DNA of 63,429 bases, filler included, from Octopus bimaculoides (taxonomy: Eukaryota), in NCBI RefSeq assembly GCF_001194135.2. It is 4 parts of 4 records of this genome, joined end to end, with 100 filler letters (N's around TTAATTAATTAA, not from the genome) between each part and the next. Parts side by side here need not be neighbours in the genome. Positions count along the whole stretch, not along the records: positions 60,274 to 63,429 come from NW_026371182.1; 3 more parts are not named here. The stretch is one strand, 5' to 3'. Every line of letters starts with the position of its first letter. Positions within the stretch are counted from its first letter, which is position 1. Under the pieces are notes generated by a model. The model ran no database searches and was not told where the DNA came from. It saw only the letters and a list, made by a program, of their open reading frames with translations. The translations under genes were made by a program, and so were the position numbers. Shown piece by piece: positions 60,274-63,429 of this stretch.

Positions 60274-62640
60274 GACTTCAGAATTAGAGCTAGAAAGACT
60301 CCATAAAATAAACCAATCTGGAAAAGAAGACTATGGAAGCTCAAAGACCCAGCAAACTGACAAAAGTTTAGAGATTTACTAATGGAAGCTTCTGAAAAAA
60401 GAGAGGAAGAGTTGGGGCATATAGCTTAGAGGACAACTGGAAGTTCTTGGACAATCTACTGAGGGCTACAGATGAAATCTGTGGTTGGAGCAGTGTCCCA
60501 GCTAGACCAAGGGTGACATGGTAGTGGAGCAAGGAGGTCGACAGTGCTATAAAAACAAAAAGACAGGCCTGGAAAGACTGGAAAAACAGTGGAAGTAGAG
60601 AATTATGCCAGGTAGCCAAAAAGGCAGCAAGGTGTCAGGTATGCATAGCAAAAGGAGTAGCTGAAAGTAAGAAATTAGCAAATGTTCTACAGCATGAAGT
60701 GTTCAGGATTGCAAAGCAGTGTATCAGAGAGAATAGGGATGTGGTGGGTGAGAAATGTGTGCAAATGGATAATGGTATGCTTGCACTTAGTGACTCAGAG
60801 AAGAAAGATGCATAGAAGTGTCACTATGAAATGTTATTAAATGTGGAATATGAATGGGAGAAAGAGAGCCTACTAAATATTGAACCAATTGAGGGACCAG
60901 TCATCAGAGTTGATGGAAGCATAATAAATAAGGCAATTAAAGACATGAAGACAGAGAAAACCCCTGAGCCATCAGGAGTCACTGCCGNNNNNNNNNNNNN
61001 NNNNNNNNNNNNNNNNNNNNNNNNNNNNNNNNNNNNNNNNNNNNNNNNNNNNNNNNNNNNNNNNNNNNNNNNNNNNNNNNNNNNNNNNNNNNNNNNNNNN
61101 NNNNNNNNNNNNNNNNNNNNNNNNNNNNNNNNNNNNNNNNNNNNNNNNNNNNNNNNNNNNNNNNNNNNNNNNNNNNNNNNNNNNNNNNNNNNNNNNNNNN
61201 NNNNNNNNNNNNNNNNNNNNNNNNNNNNNNNNNNNNNNNNNNNNNNNNNNNNNNNNNNNNNNNNNNNNNNNNNNNNNNNNNNNNNNNNNNNNNNNNNNNN
61301 NNNNNNNNNNNNNNNNNNNNNNNNNNNNNNNNNNNNNNNNNNNNNNNNNNNNNNNNNNNNNNNNNNNNNNNNNNNNNNNNNNNNNNNNNNNNNNNNNNNN
61401 NNNNNNNNNNNNNNNNNNNNNNNNNNNNNNNNNNNNNNNNNNNNNNNNNNNNNNNNNNNNNNNNNNNNNNNNNNNNNNNNNNNNNNNNNNNNNNNNNNNN
61501 NNNNNNNNNNNNNNNNNNNNNNNNNNNNNNNNNNNNNNNNNNNNNNNNNNNNNNNNNNNNNNNNNNNNNNNNNNNNNNNNNNNNNNNNNNNNNNNNNNNN
61601 NNNNNNNNNNNNNNNNNNNNNNNNNNNNNNNNNNNNNNNNNNNNNNNNNNNNNNNNNNNNNNNNNNNNNNNNNNNNNNNNNNNNNNNNNNNNNNNNNNNN
61701 NNNNNNNNNNNNNNNNNNNNNNNNNNNNNNNNNNNNNNNNNNNNNNNNNNNNNNNNNNNNNNNNNNNNNNNNNNNNNNNNNNNNNNNNNNNNNNNNNNNN
61801 NNNNNNNNNNNNNNNNNNNNNNNNNNNNNNNNNNNNNNNNNNNNNNNNNNNNAACTGCTATATGCTGATGACCTTGCTCATATTGCAAAATATTTAGCAG
61901 AATTGGAGAAGAAACAGGTGTGGAAACAAAACCTGGAATTTAAAGGCCTTAAAGTTAACCTAGCTAAGATCAAGGTTGTTGTTAGTAAGAAAGAAGCTAA
62001 AACTCTCTTTCCGTCAGGTAAATGGCCCTGTTAAATAACTATGAAAGGGGTTGGAAGAATTTCTATATGCTGCACCCAGTGTAAACTATGGACACATAAG
62101 AGGTGCAGTGGAATCACAGACATATTAACAAATAAATTTGCCTTTGTATGTGGCAGATATGCAAGAACAATAAGCACTAAGAGCACACAGGACTTAGATT
62201 CTCTCAAATGTCCAGGAGGCACTCTTGAAGTTGTAGATAGTTTCTGTTATCAAGGTGACCAAATTAGTAATGGTGATAGGTAGGCATAATGTATGAAGGA
62301 TTTCCTCCTTCATACACTATGCCTGCCTCTCACTCCCCAGTCCTGTCCTCACAGCCCTGTTCCTCTGTATAATAGCTATCCAGTAGCTGCACTTACTCTC
62401 CACTTCACACTTACTTCACAATATCCTGCTACTTATATTATGGTGTTTGAACCTCAAGGATATGCCCTGACACTTGGCACCATCTATATTTCTCTCTTCC
62501 TTTACTCAACCATCCCATTTATATTCTGATCTCTGCTCCTTGTGAGTAAGCCTGGCATTTTATCACCATCTCTATCCTGCTGTCTTCCATTCTGTCTCTC
62601 CTGGGTAATAAAGTGTTTCCATTGCAGTAACACACCTATT
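60274..62640 (+). mobile_element. RTE-clade LINE pseudogene (gapped) with a PHD-type finger after the RT core
   Basis: WKLKDPAN..TWWWSKEVDSAIKTKRQAWKDWK...VFRIAKQCIRENRDVVGEKCV...LLNVEYEW...AIKDMKTEKTPEPSG; after the gap LLYADDLA...WKQNLEFKGLKVNLAKIKV; then WPC...KGVG..SICCTQCKLWTHKRCSGI...FVCGR; pyrimidine-rich 3' region. Confidence 0.9.
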
Positions 62641-62665
62641 TCTGTCTTGACTACGAACTGGTATT

Positions 62666-63429
62666 TATTATCCTAGTGTCTGAACATTCTTCTAACGTCA
62701 TTTTTAACTCTTTTTATGCTCTGTACTTATCACACACACATACATCCATGTATGTACACACACTTTGTATACATGACGGCTTGTCTATTATTATGTCTAT
62801 ATGTCGCACACACAGAAACACATGCTGACATATCAATAAAATCTTCTCTTAAACCTTCTATCGGTTGTGTCTCTCTTTTCCTTCTGGCACTTATACTCAT
62901 TTATCCTCTTTTTGTATTTTTATTTGTATCGACCATGCAATGTACTAAAGGAGCCATTCCTTGTCACCTTCTCCTGTCGCACGGTCGTTACATACTTATA
63001 CATATATATATACGCATATATATATATACACACATATTTCATGCGCTAGGTAATGTGTATTCCTGCAGTGGTTCATATTGTCCTTGCATATGTAAGGACA
63101 GTGTGATCAGGAGAAGGTGACGAGGAATGGCTCCTTTAGTACATCGCATGGTCGATACAAATAAAAATATGAAAAGAGGATAAATGAGTAAAGTGCCAGA
63201 AGGAAAAGCGAGACACAACCGGTAGAAGGTTTAAGAGAAGATTTTTATCTATATGTCAATATGTATGTCTGTGTGTGTGAGTGCGACATATAAACACAAT
63301 AATAGACAGGCTGTCATGTAAACAAAGTGTATGTGTATACAAACATGGATGTATGCATGTGCAAGAATTTCAGAACATGGAAAAGAGTCTATAATGAAGT
63401 TAGAAGAATGTCCAGACACAAGGATGATA
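62666..63429. repeat. Long foldback (about 330-bp arms, about 95-bp spacer), right arm runs to the window end
   Basis: 62666-62994 is the reverse complement of 63089-63429, e.g. ATCTTCTCTTAAACCTTCTA/TAGAAGGTTTAAGAGAAGAT and TGTACTAAAGGAGCCATTCC/GGAATGGCTCCTTTAGTACA. Confidence 0.85.

Overview
Eukaryotic, AT-rich, gap-riddled non-coding DNA. The SINE, LINE and microsatellite content looks like an octopus (coleoid cephalopod) draft genome; this is inferred from repeat recognition, not from a search. I found no supportable host protein-coding exon, rRNA, genuine tRNA or CRISPR array, and most ORF-track entries are microsatellite or N-gap artefacts. The window is four original scaffolds joined by three identical 100-bp linkers (44 N + TTAATTAATTAA + 44 N). 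Recognisable content: many tRNA-derived SINEs (including a fixed-junction dimer); decayed non-LTR retroelements (RTE with a PHD finger behind the RT, R4/Dong, Tx1, CR1/L2, Penelope-like); DNA-transposon remnants (mariner, Chapaev, hAT and piggyBac-type MITEs, a Helentron/HINE-type element); two long foldbacks; and a nested inverted-repeat element with a (CCCTAA)n/(TTAGGG)n core. The strongest lead is a set of minimal hammerhead-ribozyme motifs from at least three sequence families. These include a ~500-bp element whose inverted, hammerhead-bearing arms enclose a tRNA-derived Pol III head (35841-36340) and a ~194-bp tandem dimer with one hammerhead per unit, like a non-LTR retrozyme (40474-40860). 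Two retroelements sit inside microsatellites in a way that suggests targeted insertion (Dong in (TAA)n; Tx1 in (TCTA)n with an 11-bp TSD). Repeat copies lose their CpGs from about 40 kb onward, suggesting a methylated domain.
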